Of a stretch of DNA of 64,000 nt, positions 51,997-61,632 are shown piece after piece; the first letter of the stretch is position 1, and every line of letters starts with the position of its first letter. Under the pieces are notes generated by a model. That model ran no database searches. It was given only the letters and a program-made list of their open reading frames with translations, and had not been told where the DNA came from. A program made the translations under genes and the position numbers. The stretch comes from an uncultured Acidobacteriaceae bacterium (lineage in GTDB: Bacteria; Acidobacteriota; Terriglobia; Terriglobales; Acidobacteriaceae): positions 130,858-194,857 of the forward strand of contig CAWGDH010000019.1 in the NCBI GenBank assembly GCA_963821215.1. Reading direction: 5' to 3'.

Positions 51997-52969
51997 TACA
52001 TCACCAGGGGATTGCTCGATGTCCAGGCGCCGCCAGAGCCTTCAAAATTGGTATTGAGCAAAGGATGCTGGCTGCCGTCGCTGTAAAGGCCAATCGGTGT
52101 GAACTGTACTACCGAGCCCGGGTGTACGGTATTGACATTGGGGGTTGGGCCATCATCCTCGTTGGCGTTTGCTTGTTGGACGTTTTGCAGCCAGCCTGAC
52201 TTCAGCGTCAAGTTCAGGGTGTCGATGGTTGCTTCCGCCATCTGGGTCATCAGGGCATACCCAGCAGTGGTAGGGATAAGTCCGTAGTTATCCGGAAATG
52301 GCAAACTGGTGGTGGCTGGCGCTATGTACGGCCCTCCGCCATACTGCTGGAAGATGTCGCTTCCGATACCGGAGGACTGCAGGGGTTGCAGCCTCGAACC
52401 AATAGAACCGGATAAGGCATCCGCGTAGTTGATAACCGGGATGTTATTTGCTGCACCGTAACTGGCGATGACGGAGTTGATTGATTCAAGCTGCCCGAAA
52501 GAGGCTAAGGCGTTCGGCTCCATTCCCAGCGCCACTTTGATGTTGGCGGCGTTGGCCTGCTCGACAATGGCCTCAAGACTGCTTAGAAAGCCTGGGACGG
52601 CGAGTTGAAAGCTGGCGTCATCTGTCTCATCCGCATCGCCCATCCCAATCAGGATGTGAACCGCGGCGGGATGGAGGCTCACTACTTCCGATTGAAATGC
52701 GGCCCTCACGCCTGCAGAGGTTGAGGTTGCTCCAAACTGGGCGACCCCCGTACTGCCTTTATTGACCCAGTTGGGATTGGCGGCAAATGCGCTGGCCCAG
52801 AAATACGTGATGTAGTCCCCGATGAACACTACCTTGGGGGCGGGGTTTCGTTGGGAGTGCGTGGACGGACGAAGTTGGGAACGAGTTGAGCGTTGGCGAC
52901 TGTGGCTGAAGCGAAGGCAGAGAGAACCAGGACTAACGCGGCTAACGTTAGCTTGTAGTGCTTGGTCAT
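51951..52969 (-). pseudogene. SGNH/GDSL hydrolase with a C-terminal Big_2-like domain; frameshifted near the signal peptide and 3'-truncated by a repeat
   Basis: The signal peptide MTKHYKLTLAALVLVLSAFASATVANA (start 52969) is in a different frame from the catalytic body (KVVFIGDYITYFW...). The C-terminal WTSSNPLVMY runs into repeat 51866-51996. Confidence 0.55.
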
Positions 52970-53125
52970 TTCGCGCTGCCTCCTGGGCAGCTTGTGGAGG
53001 CCCAGGATCAAGCTGGTTGTATTTACTACGGGGTCCTGTGAAAAGGCAACGTATCTTTCGGTGTTGCATTAACCTCAATCCGACGCCAGCTTCAGGATGG
53101 ACGGCAAAAGCAGGGCAAAAGCAGG

Positions 53126-53500
53126 ATGGATCTGCTCCTGTTTACCGTCGTCCTGGTTATCCGTCCTGGTTTTCCTGGTTTCCCCCGGAACGTAAACGAC
53201 ATCATCAAGAGCCTGTCGGCCACCCGCCGCCGCAAGATCGAAAAGCGCGCCAGCCAGCTGATCGCCGAGGAGATGACCTTGCAGGGATTGCGCCGTGCGC
53301 GCGAGATGACACAGATTCGCACGGCGAAAACTCTCGGGGTCGCGCAGAAACAGATTTCCGAGATCGAAAAGCGCACCGACATGCACATCTCGACGCTCCG
53401 GCGCTCGATTGAAGCGATGGGCGGGAAACTCTCCCTCATAGCGGAGTTTCCCGATCGCGATCCTGTAATCCTCGCCGGCATCGAGGTCCGGGATCTCTGA
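53126..53500 (+). CDS. XRE-family HTH antitoxin-like protein (HigA/RelE-partner type), with no adjacent toxin
   Basis: NVNDIIKSLSATRRRKIEKRASQLIAEEMTLQGLRRAREMTQIRTAKTLGVAQKQISEIE. The only available start codon lies inside repeat-derived sequence. Confidence 0.6.
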   Translation: MDLLLFTVVLVIRPGFPGFPRNVNDIIKSLSATRRRKIEKRASQLIAEEMTLQGLRRAREMTQIRTAKTLGVAQKQISEIEKRTDMHISTLRRSIEAMGGKLSLIAEFPDRDPVILAGIEVRDL

Positions 53501-53788
53501 AAATTCGTGGCCAGACGAAAATTTGCGGCAAACGATGCCGAAGCTCCGTCCACGAAGACCTAGTGAGGGTAAACCGGCCACATCGGTAATCACTTCCCTG
53601 CGCGATGACGAAGAAACACTTCAGCAATGTTCTGGGAGGAAAAGAAGACGTCGTCCCCCTGCCGGATCAGACGTGCAGACCTAAACCGGGACCGGACGGA
53701 AATCGCCCCAATAGAAACACGTCGCTGACCGCGCTGCACGCCGAAGAAAACGAAGAATAACAACTCTGAAAGGAACAGCGGTATCATC

Positions 53789-54067
53789 GTGTGTATGGCG
53801 AGGATCCACATCTCGGTAGCCGAGGCCGCGCGAGATTTCACCGCCCTGCTGGCTCACGTGCGCGCCGGTGCTGAGGTTATCATCGAGGATGGTTCGCTCA
53901 CCGTGGCCGTGTTGCACACCCCAGCCCCGCCGCGCCGGTCCATCGAGGAGTGCATCGCCCTGTTGCCGGAGGGCTCCCCGGCGACGATCGATGAGGACTT
54001 CGCCCGCGATGTCGCAGAGGCGGTGGCCACCCATCGCGAGCCGCTGAACCCCCCGGCATGGGACTAA
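53789..54067 (+). CDS. vapB: Type II antitoxin (Phd/YefM-like N-terminus) paired with VapC
   Basis: ISVAEAARDFTALLAHVRAGAEVIIEDGSLTVAVL is an antitoxin-type N-terminus. It overlaps the PIN gene by 10 nt. Confidence 0.65.
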   Translation: MCMARIHISVAEAARDFTALLAHVRAGAEVIIEDGSLTVAVLHTPAPPRRSIEECIALLPEGSPATIDEDFARDVAEAVATHREPLNPPAWD

Positions 54068-54471
54068 TACTCGACTCCAGCGTGCTCATCGCGGCAGAGC
54101 GCAAGGGCAGCAATGCACGGCAGGTATTGAGCGAAATCGCCGAGCGTGCAGCCGGTGAAGATGTGGCCTTCTCGGTCGTGACGCTGATCGAGCTGGCACA
54201 CGGTGCAGCCCGTGGCGATACGGCGGAGAGAAAGACCATGCGGCGGCAATTCCTGCAAGAGCTGACGACGGCCCTCCCGGTGCATCCGGTGACGGTTCCA
54301 GTTGCTCTGCGCGCCGGACAGATCGACGGCGAGAGCACGGCAAAGGGCGTGCGTATCGCCCTCTCCGACCTGTTGATCGGGGTTACAGCTCTGGAGCTTG
54401 GCTACCGCGTGGCCACCGCAAATGTGCGTCATTTCCAGATGGTTCCAGGGCTCGAAATCGTCCCCTTCTGA
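54058..54471 (+). CDS. vapC: PIN-domain toxin
   Basis: MGLILDSSVLIAAER, TLIELAHG, LSDLLIGVTALELGYRVATANVRHF. These give the PIN acidic quartet context. Confidence 0.85.
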   Translation: MGLILDSSVLIAAERKGSNARQVLSEIAERAAGEDVAFSVVTLIELAHGAARGDTAERKTMRRQFLQELTTALPVHPVTVPVALRAGQIDGESTAKGVRIALSDLLIGVTALELGYRVATANVRHFQMVPGLEIVPF

Positions 54472-54790
54472 GCGCGCGTCTCACCTCGTCGACACCACTA
54501 CCGCGACCGATCCCCTTGGCTTTGTCATGGAAGCTTCGTGGACAGGCGGAGCTGGCACTTTGGGAAAACAGAACCACGCTGAGGTGCAAAGGTGGGTTCG
54601 CCTTGACTACGATCTTTTATCGATGCCCTCGCTCTTGTGGAGCTAACCGCCACTGCGCCATTTTCTCCATGCCATGGGAATTGGTGACCAGACGAAATGT
54701 TCCCTGCTCGTGACCTTCGTCTCAGGGTTGTTCTCGCTGGGGCTAAAGCTGCGAGGGCAAAAGCAGGACAGTCTGTCCTGGTTCTCCCCC

Positions 54791-54920
54791 TCCGGCCGGT
54801 TCAGGCCATGCGATGAATGGATGTTGGGAGCGAATTTCCGACAAGCCGGTTATCGCATCGACTGTTTGTTTTTGGTCAGCGAGTTTCGATTCCGGACAAA
54901 GATCGCGTTGCCGATCGCCA
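54791..54920. repeat. ~130-bp dispersed repeat, copy 2
   Basis: See 51866-51996. Confidence 0.9.
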
Positions 54921-55087
54921 CCCCGGGGACTGAACTTACTTATGAATCAGTGACTTGAAATTGGAGCGTTTTGGCTGGCTGCGTGCACAGCTCCAAGCAG
55001 ATCGCGCCTCGTGCAGAGACCAGTTAAACCAGACCTGTGAATCTCAAAGCCTTTTCCGGCGCACCCGGAGATATTGGAGGATTCTTT

Positions 55088-55642
55088 ATGTTCCGATCCA
55101 TTGCTCGCGTCGTGGTTTCTGTAGGCATGGTATCTGCTTTCGTCCTGGCGTCCTTGGCCAACGCCCAAATAGTCATGCCCAATCCGATCAAGGCGCCGAA
55201 TCCGCTGACGACGACGCTATCGATTTTTCGTAGCAATATGCAGGACAAGATCATGAAGTCGGCGGACGCGATGCCAGAGTCCAAGTACAGCTACCGGCCG
55301 ACAAAGGAGGTTCGCTCGTTTGCCGAGATCCTGAATCATGTGGCGGATATCTCCTACATATTGTGTTCAAACGCCAAGGGTGAGGCGAACCCTGATCCGG
55401 ATTCCGCGAAGGTTTCGAAGGCCGAGATCATGGCCCGTCTCAAAGGTGGGTTCGATTACTGCGATGGGGTGTACTCCGGGTTCACCGATGCGCACCTCAA
55501 TGACCCGGCGGACTTCTTTGGCGCCAAGACGAACAAGATGTTCCTCTTGACGCAAGTCGGAAATCATGACGCCTTGCATTATGGCAATCTCGTCACGTAT
55601 CTGCGCATCAATGGCCTCGTGCCGACCGGGGGCTGGTTTTGA
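55088..55642 (+). CDS. DinB-family (four-helix-bundle) protein with a signal peptide
   Basis: ATG at 55088 after a GGAGG SD. SFAEILNHVAD and HDALHYGNLVTYLR are DinB-like His motifs. Confidence 0.65.
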   Translation: MFRSIARVVVSVGMVSAFVLASLANAQIVMPNPIKAPNPLTTTLSIFRSNMQDKIMKSADAMPESKYSYRPTKEVRSFAEILNHVADISYILCSNAKGEANPDPDSAKVSKAEIMARLKGGFDYCDGVYSGFTDAHLNDPADFFGAKTNKMFLLTQVGNHDALHYGNLVTYLRINGLVPTGGWF

Positions 55643-55696
55643 TGGCCCAGCGGCGAATCCGGGGTACACGCCACCTCTCTTTTTGAAAGGGACGCC

Positions 55697-56815
55697 ATGC
55701 AAACGCTGGGCAAACTTTCTCTTGTCATTCTCGGCTTCACCGCAGGCTGCACGATCTGCGCTCCGCTCCTGGCCCAGAACCCCCAGCCGACGCCCGCTGA
55801 CCTCAGGACGCAAGTCGTCCAGAACCTGCCCAAATGGCTCAAACAATACAACGTGCCCAGTGTAGCCGTCGCCTATATCGCGAACGGCAAACTCGCCTGG
55901 ACGGCGGTTGCCGGCGAGCAAAGCCCTGGTGTTCCGGCGAACGATAAGACGCTCTACAACATCGCCTCGCTCACCAAACCCATCGTCGCAGAGACCATCC
56001 TGCGCATGGCCTCGCAAGGGAAACTCCAGCTCGACGAGCCCATCTATCCCTACTGGGTTGATCCAGACGTCAAGGACAATCCCTGGAACAAGCTCCTTAC
56101 GCCACGCCTCTGCCTCTCCCACCAGACAGGGTTTGCCAACTGGCGTCGCATGACCAACCAGGTTCTCACCTTCAACTTCCAGCCCGGCACCCAGAGCAGG
56201 TACTCCGGAGAGGGATATTTCTATGTCGCCCGTTTCGCGCAAAGCAAAGTGCAAAAGCCCTTCGATCAGCTGGCGCAGCAATATGTCCTCGTCCCTGTCG
56301 GCATGAAAGACACGTCGTTCACAACACAGGACTGGTTCAGCGGGCGCCTCGCCGAGCCATACGACAAGAACGGCTTCATTGAGCCGCAGCTCACCTCCAC
56401 CTGGAACGCCGCTGATCTCGTCCATAGCACCGTCGCGGACTACGCTCGCTTCGTGATCAGCGTTATGAACAATGAGGCTCTCAGCCCAGCTATCGCTGAG
56501 CAACGGCTGGTGATGACCCGTGACTGGGTCCCAGATGACGCGCGCAAGCAAGTGTGCGCTTATGAGCCGCACGGTACTCCCTGCCATATCTCAGCAGGTA
56601 TGGGACTCGGCTGGCAGATCATCGTCCACAACGGTGTCACCATAGTCGACCACTCCGGGTCTGACACCGGTGCATATGCCCATGCCTTCTTTGTTCCCGC
56701 CAAGCACTTCGGCGCGGTTATCTTCACCAATGGTGAAAATGGTCCGAAGGTTATTGGAGAAATCGTCCGCGTGTTCTATCCAGACCCAGTCTATGTGGAG
56801 ACAGCTCCTCACTAA
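55697..56815 (+). CDS. Beta-lactamase-fold serine hydrolase (class C / esterase family)
   Basis: Signal peptide. S-x-x-K motif in YNIASLTKPIVAETIL, and a YSGEGY (Y-x-N-like) region. Confidence 0.8.
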   Translation: MQTLGKLSLVILGFTAGCTICAPLLAQNPQPTPADLRTQVVQNLPKWLKQYNVPSVAVAYIANGKLAWTAVAGEQSPGVPANDKTLYNIASLTKPIVAETILRMASQGKLQLDEPIYPYWVDPDVKDNPWNKLLTPRLCLSHQTGFANWRRMTNQVLTFNFQPGTQSRYSGEGYFYVARFAQSKVQKPFDQLAQQYVLVPVGMKDTSFTTQDWFSGRLAEPYDKNGFIEPQLTSTWNAADLVHSTVADYARFVISVMNNEALSPAIAEQRLVMTRDWVPDDARKQVCAYEPHGTPCHISAGMGLGWQIIVHNGVTIVDHSGSDTGAYAHAFFVPAKHFGAVIFTNGENGPKVIGEIVRVFYPDPVYVETAPH

Positions 56816-57002
56816 TCTCCGCCACGGCTCCTGGGGAAATCGGTTTTCGCTGCGAGTAGGCAAAAGCAGGACAGACCGGAAGTGACCCTGAAGCAAATTC
56901 GGCTGTGCGCGAGACCGTCGGACCACCGCAGGAATCGGTGACCAGACGGAAGGTTCCCTCTTCGTGACCTTCGTCTCCAGGGGAGATTTAGGAACAGCAT
57001 AC

Positions 57003-57143
57003 CTATCCCGAGAAATGCCGTGATGAGCGCTGTTCCAGCGCTATCCTGCGCCTACTCTCTGGCAGCGCTGAGTATCCTTGCTTCCAGAGGCGCAGCGATA
57101 AAGCTAGATTCGAAATCGGAGAAGTATTACTGACCGCCAGCAT
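57003..57143 (-). pseudogene. Truncated DUF3368-type PIN toxin remnant (46 codons)
   Basis: Hand translation MLAVSNTSPISNLALSLRLW... matches the conserved N-terminus (V.(D/N)TSP(L/I)..LA) of the PIN partners of UPF0175 antitoxins, then degenerates. It overlaps the antitoxin stop. Confidence 0.35.
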
Positions 57144-57381
57144 ACGCAAGGTCTTGGGTCAGCTCCTCGTCGGTATAGTGCCGAGGCAGCCTCCGTTCGT
57201 CAACGAGGCCGGCAAATGCATATCGAGAAATGCCGGCGAGATCGGAGGCTTTCCCAAAGGACAGAATGCATTGAGAGTAGAGGGCAATGGCGAGTTCAGT
57301 GCGCAGTCTCGGCTCGATTTCCGGAGGAGGCAGACGCAGGCTGCTGACCACGGCTTCCGGAATATCGAGGTGGATTGCCAT
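57127..57381 (-). CDS. UPF0175-family antitoxin-like protein
   Basis: 84 aa: MAIHLDIPEAVVSSLRLPPPEIEPRLRTELAIALYSQCILSFGKASDLAGISRYAF. This is typical of UPF0175. Confidence 0.6.
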   Translation of the reverse strand: MAIHLDIPEAVVSSLRLPPPEIEPRLRTELAIALYSQCILSFGKASDLAGISRYAFAGLVDERRLPRHYTDEELTQDLAYAGGQ

Positions 57382-57690
57382 GTCGCAGGAGATTTCCCTT
57401 CAAGATCGCCAGGCCTTAAAGTACTGCCAAATCAGCTATTTGGCAAGAACGACCCGCGAAAAGGTGGCCAAGAAACTATGAAAGAATCGGGTTAGAGTTT
57501 CAAACAGAGAGTTTCGTGGACAGAGCTGCCCTTGTTTTCCTGGTTTTCTCGTCGAACAGGGCCAGCTTGTACTCAGCCAGCCCATCTTGTTTCTGGCCGT
57601 CTTAGACATCGTCGGATCTGGATCTCCCCGGAGGGTGTATGTGCCCTTAATAGCAAGCTTGTCGCCGAAGCCGGGCTACTCCCGCAGTGG

Positions 57691-58233
57691 TCAGTTCCTC
57701 GCTGAAGGGTCCTGATTGCCCGCGACTCTCGAACGGAAGAACAGACCGTAGAATTTGTCTTCGCCCAGCATCCGCCGCAGATCCATGAATGCAAAGAGGG
57801 GAATGAAAGTACAAAATACGACGAGACTCCGGGCGATCAAATCATTGATGCGGATTTCGTGCAAAACACTCCCAGGCCCTCCTCCATGAATCAGCCGTTT
57901 GACGAATTCCTCGACAAAGTGAAAGGCGAGCACAAGCAGAGTAAACATGAATGCCTTGTAAAGAGCAGTCTGATAGAGCGGTCTGTTATCAAGCTCCCTG
58001 CCAAAGTGCACCATTTCTCCCATCAGAATGACTTTGCCGATTACAAGGGCATTGATGATCGCAAAACCATAGCTCACGGAACTACTGGTGTTGTAATCCT
58101 TCAGCAGCAGTATGGTGTAGGCCGCGAGTGCGCAAAAGAAGAGAGCCAGGTACAGCGAAATGACAACAAAGTCCTGAAGTTCATGCGTGGCTTTCTGCTT
58201 GAGACTCGGTTGTGCCGGATTCTTGCTATCCAT
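57691..58233 (-). CDS. Hypothetical 4-TM membrane protein
   Basis: ATG at 58233. Four hydrophobic helices, lower GC than the surroundings, no recognisable motif. Confidence 0.45.
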   Translation of the reverse strand: MDSKNPAQPSLKQKATHELQDFVVISLYLALFFCALAAYTILLLKDYNTSSSVSYGFAIINALVIGKVILMGEMVHFGRELDNRPLYQTALYKAFMFTLLVLAFHFVEEFVKRLIHGGGPGSVLHEIRINDLIARSLVVFCTFIPLFAFMDLRRMLGEDKFYGLFFRSRVAGNQDPSARN

Positions 58234-58352
58234 AAATGGCTCTCCAAATTCTTTACCGATACTGAGGCGTGCGGGTTGGCAATACGCAACTGCATCGCGG
58301 TTCCGCTCCGCCACCTGAATTAAAAGGGGGCCTTTTCGACCCCCTTGCCTCT

Positions 58353-59885
58353 TTATTTACGTCCTGCCACAACAGCCTGCGTTTGATGCAATGACGCCAT
58401 CACCGCGTCGAGGTTAAAGGAAGCCGCCTTCTGGCGAGGCGGATACTTCATAAAGTTTTCAATTTGGCGCGCCACAATTGCCTGACATTGATAAAGCTGA
58501 GGGATGTGATTCATGACCCAATCCCCATAGACATTGGAGTTGAAATCGGCACGCTCGAACGGATCGCGACGCAGGTGGTAGATATTCGGGAGGCGCAACT
58601 TCACCAGCGGCTCCTGCCAAACCGCCGTTGAAGTCGCACGCTGCACTTCAAACACAAGTTTGTAGTCGCCGACCCGGACCGCCATGATGCCGCCGTCGTC
58701 GCTGACATAGAAGAAGAATTTTCTAGGACTCTCCTTCACCTGGCCTGTGAGATAGGGCAACATGTTAAGCCCGTCGATATGGACCGTGAACGTCTTCTCC
58801 CCGGCTTTGTAGCCGGTGAGGAGCTTGGTGCTGATGTTCGGATCGCCTGCCGCAGCTAGCAACGTGGGCAGCATGTCCTGGTGGGAAACGATGCCGTTCA
58901 GCACCGAGCCCGCCGGAATCTTTCCCGGCCAGCGGAGGAACGCCGGCACGCGCCATGCACCCTCCCAGTTGGTGTCCTTTTGCCCGCGGAATGGTGTGTT
59001 GGCGCCATCGGGCCAGGTATCGTTCTCCGGACCGTTGTCGGTGGAGTACATGACGATCGTGTTGTCGGCGATGCCCAACTCATCAAGCTTGTTAAGCATC
59101 TCGCCGATTTGCTCATCGTGCGTGACCATGCGATCGCTGTAGTCATCCTGCCCGCTCTTACCGCGATTTTTATCGGCGAGATGAGTTCTGAAGTGCATGG
59201 CAGTCGAGTTGTACCAGAGGAAGAAGGGCTTATTCGCGTTGACCTGCTTTTCCATCCAGCCAAGCGCGCCTGCCGTGATTTCCTCATCGATGGTTTCCAT
59301 CCGCTTCTTGGTCAAGGGACCGGTATCTTCAATGGTTTGCTTGCCTACTCGGCCCCAGCGAGGGTCTACCGTTGGATCGTCTTTGTCCGTGGCGTGGCAG
59401 TGGAGCACGCCTCTGGGTCCGAATTGCGCCTTGAACTCCGGATCCTTGGGGTAGTCGGGTAGCTCCGGCTCTTCTTCCGCGTTCAGGTGATAGAGGTTGC
59501 CGAAGAACTCGTCGAACCCGTGCACGGTCGGTAAGTATTCATTACGATCGCCGAGATGATTTTTGCCGAACTGACCAGTGGCATAGCCGAGCGGTTTAAG
59601 CAATTCGGCGATGGTCGGGTCCTCCGCCTGAAGTCCGACCGTAGCGCCGGGCATGCCGACCTTGGTCAAGCCGGTGCGGAGTGGGTTCTGACCACAGACG
59701 AAGGCCGCGCGCCCGGCGGTGCAACTCTGCTGTCCGTAATAGTCGGTAAATTTCACTCCTTCTTTTGCGACGCGATCGATGTTGGGGGTTCGGTAGCCCA
59801 TCATGCCATCGCTGAAGTGACTGATATTCCAGATTCCGATGTCATCGCCCCAGAGGATCAGAATATTGGGTTGTTTTGTAGCCAT
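58353..59885 (-). CDS. Arylsulfatase (Cys-type, formylglycine-dependent)
   Basis: ATG at 59885 after an AAGGAG SD. PNILILWGDDIG and the sulfatase signature SCTAGRAAFVCG (C-x-A-x-R). Confidence 0.85.
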   Translation of the reverse strand: MATKQPNILILWGDDIGIWNISHFSDGMMGYRTPNIDRVAKEGVKFTDYYGQQSCTAGRAAFVCGQNPLRTGLTKVGMPGATVGLQAEDPTIAELLKPLGYATGQFGKNHLGDRNEYLPTVHGFDEFFGNLYHLNAEEEPELPDYPKDPEFKAQFGPRGVLHCHATDKDDPTVDPRWGRVGKQTIEDTGPLTKKRMETIDEEITAGALGWMEKQVNANKPFFLWYNSTAMHFRTHLADKNRGKSGQDDYSDRMVTHDEQIGEMLNKLDELGIADNTIVMYSTDNGPENDTWPDGANTPFRGQKDTNWEGAWRVPAFLRWPGKIPAGSVLNGIVSHQDMLPTLLAAAGDPNISTKLLTGYKAGEKTFTVHIDGLNMLPYLTGQVKESPRKFFFYVSDDGGIMAVRVGDYKLVFEVQRATSTAVWQEPLVKLRLPNIYHLRRDPFERADFNSNVYGDWVMNHIPQLYQCQAIVARQIENFMKYPPRQKAASFNLDAVMASLHQTQAVVAGRK

Positions 59886-60214
59886 CGACTTGCTCCTTTT
59901 CTTCGGTTTATTTCTGTTGACGTGGACCTCTCGCGCTCGAAGCCACACAAAGCCATACGCGTGGTTGCACTCGAGGTATTGACTGCCCTTGTCCGTTACC
60001 GCTCGGCAGGACCTGATTGCAAATACATCTCTCGTTGCCGTCTGCTTCTGATTAACCGGCCGTAATCCATTCGGTCTGCCTGATCGCAGAAATGCGCAAG
60101 AGATGGCGGCTCGTCGGTGTTTGAGCTGGAACCTCCGCATTTTGAGCTGTAGCTATACATCCCGGCAACAGTGCTCCTAGCCATACGGCGCGGTTGCGGC
60201 GGTTGATTGACAGC

Positions 60215-61078
60215 TCACTGAATAGGCGGTTGTTTGCCGTATTTGTAAAGTAAAGTTAGGGTTAGTCCACTTTGGTGGGTGTCGAAGATGAACCGATTGC
60301 TATTACGATAGTCAACGTCCAGGTAGCGATACCCGATGCCTATTCCCCACTTCGGCTTTATCTGATAGTTGGCGATGCCCGCAACCTGATAGTCCACGTT
60401 GGCCTCTCCAACACCAGCATCGCCCAGTACCATGACTGCGATTCTTTTGGAGAGCGGAACCACGACATTTGCGCCGGATACGAAGTCGACCCAGTTCTGC
60501 GAAGCCTCAACGCTGACGACGGGTGCGTTGGGCGCGGTCAACTGAAGGTCCTGCCCTAAGTGCCAGTAGCGAAGGCCCCCTGTGGCGTTGATTTTTGCCA
60601 TCTTGCTATTCAGAACGAGGTAGTTTACTTTTGGCGTCCAGAAGCCCTCATTGACAGTGGCTTTTGCGGAATAGCCGGAAGACTCGGGCAGCGCTTTCTT
60701 ATCGGAAAGCCTGACCCAAACATAGTCGAACGGCACACTCCAGCGGTTGTAGCGTGCTTCAAAGGCTCCCATGATACCGATATTGATATCCTTTACAAGG
60801 CCGGTAGGACTGACGGATGCGCTGGTATTATGACCGCGAGCCCCAACGGTTCCGCTCATCCCGGGAAGCCACAAATAAGACAGGCTCACAAACTGCCACT
60901 TATCTGTTGAGGCGGATGCCGGGATGGCACCGCTCGATGCCACAGCGTTATTCTCTGCCGTCTGAATTTCGGCATGCTCTCCTGGCGCCTGCTGCTCCTG
61001 CGCCATCAAGGCCGCAGAAACGGACAACGCGAATATCGACCAAAGGACGACGCATTTAGATGCTTTCCGGTACCTCAT
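60215..61078 (-). CDS. Outer-membrane beta-barrel protein
   Basis: Signal peptide, alternating amphipathic strands, and a C-terminal aromatic-rich strand (LTLTLLYKYG). Confidence 0.6.
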   Translation of the reverse strand: MRYRKASKCVVLWSIFALSVSAALMAQEQQAPGEHAEIQTAENNAVASSGAIPASASTDKWQFVSLSYLWLPGMSGTVGARGHNTSASVSPTGLVKDINIGIMGAFEARYNRWSVPFDYVWVRLSDKKALPESSGYSAKATVNEGFWTPKVNYLVLNSKMAKINATGGLRYWHLGQDLQLTAPNAPVVSVEASQNWVDFVSGANVVVPLSKRIAVMVLGDAGVGEANVDYQVAGIANYQIKPKWGIGIGYRYLDVDYRNSNRFIFDTHQSGLTLTLLYKYGKQPPIQ

Positions 61079-61185
61079 ACTTCACCTCACATTCGATATA
61101 TGTAACTTATGGACAACGTCAACGTATCTGTGACTAAGACATGTATGGGTAGCCATTGACTGCGACATGCTAGTCGCCCGGTTCC

Positions 61186-61515
61186 CTACTTATTGCGGGA
61201 GCTATGGCGGTGTTTCCCGGATTTGTCATAGCTGATATCCCAATCTATGTGTTCAAGCAAGGGCATAAAGTGCGCCAACTTGAAATGGCCGCGTTCACGA
61301 AACCAGTCAGCACTGCCAAGGTCAGGGCTGTCGGACTTGGACAACGGAACCGGCTTTCGCGTGTGTGACTCCTGCCGCTTAACGGCCGCCCGTGGCGCAA
61401 TGGGTAGCTCCTGCGAATACATCACTGTGGCAAAGAGCAGAATGTAGATAATCAGCAGGGCCAACAGGGCCACATAGGCGCTTGTGCAACGGGGTTCAAT
61501 GGTTGTGCGCAGCAT
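61186..61515 (-). CDS. Small hypothetical single-TM protein
   Basis: ORF from MLRTTIEPR with one TM segment (YVALLALLIIYILLFATVM). Low GC. Confidence 0.3.
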   Translation of the reverse strand: MLRTTIEPRCTSAYVALLALLIIYILLFATVMYSQELPIAPRAAVKRQESHTRKPVPLSKSDSPDLGSADWFRERGHFKLAHFMPLLEHIDWDISYDKSGKHRHSSRNK

Positions 61516-61632
61516 TGCCAGTTCCTCAGAAAAACATAGGTATCTTTGTCTATCCTTAGCCCTAGCCTTCTCGCCGGCACGCAGGTTATGGCTGCCAGCC
61601 GCCACCAAGAGCCGCGAGACTTCCGGGAGTGA

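Noticed and set aside
55367-56587. 406-aa minus-strand ORF opposite the DinB and beta-lactamase-fold genes
   Set aside because: It is antisense to two ORFs that have signal peptides and catalytic motifs. It has no SD and no recognisable domain.
51536-57600. Chromosomal integron / attC cassette array
   Set aside because: There is no intI integrase in the window and cassette orientation is mixed. The boundary repeats lack the RYYYAAC…GTTRRRY attC ends that I could check by eye.
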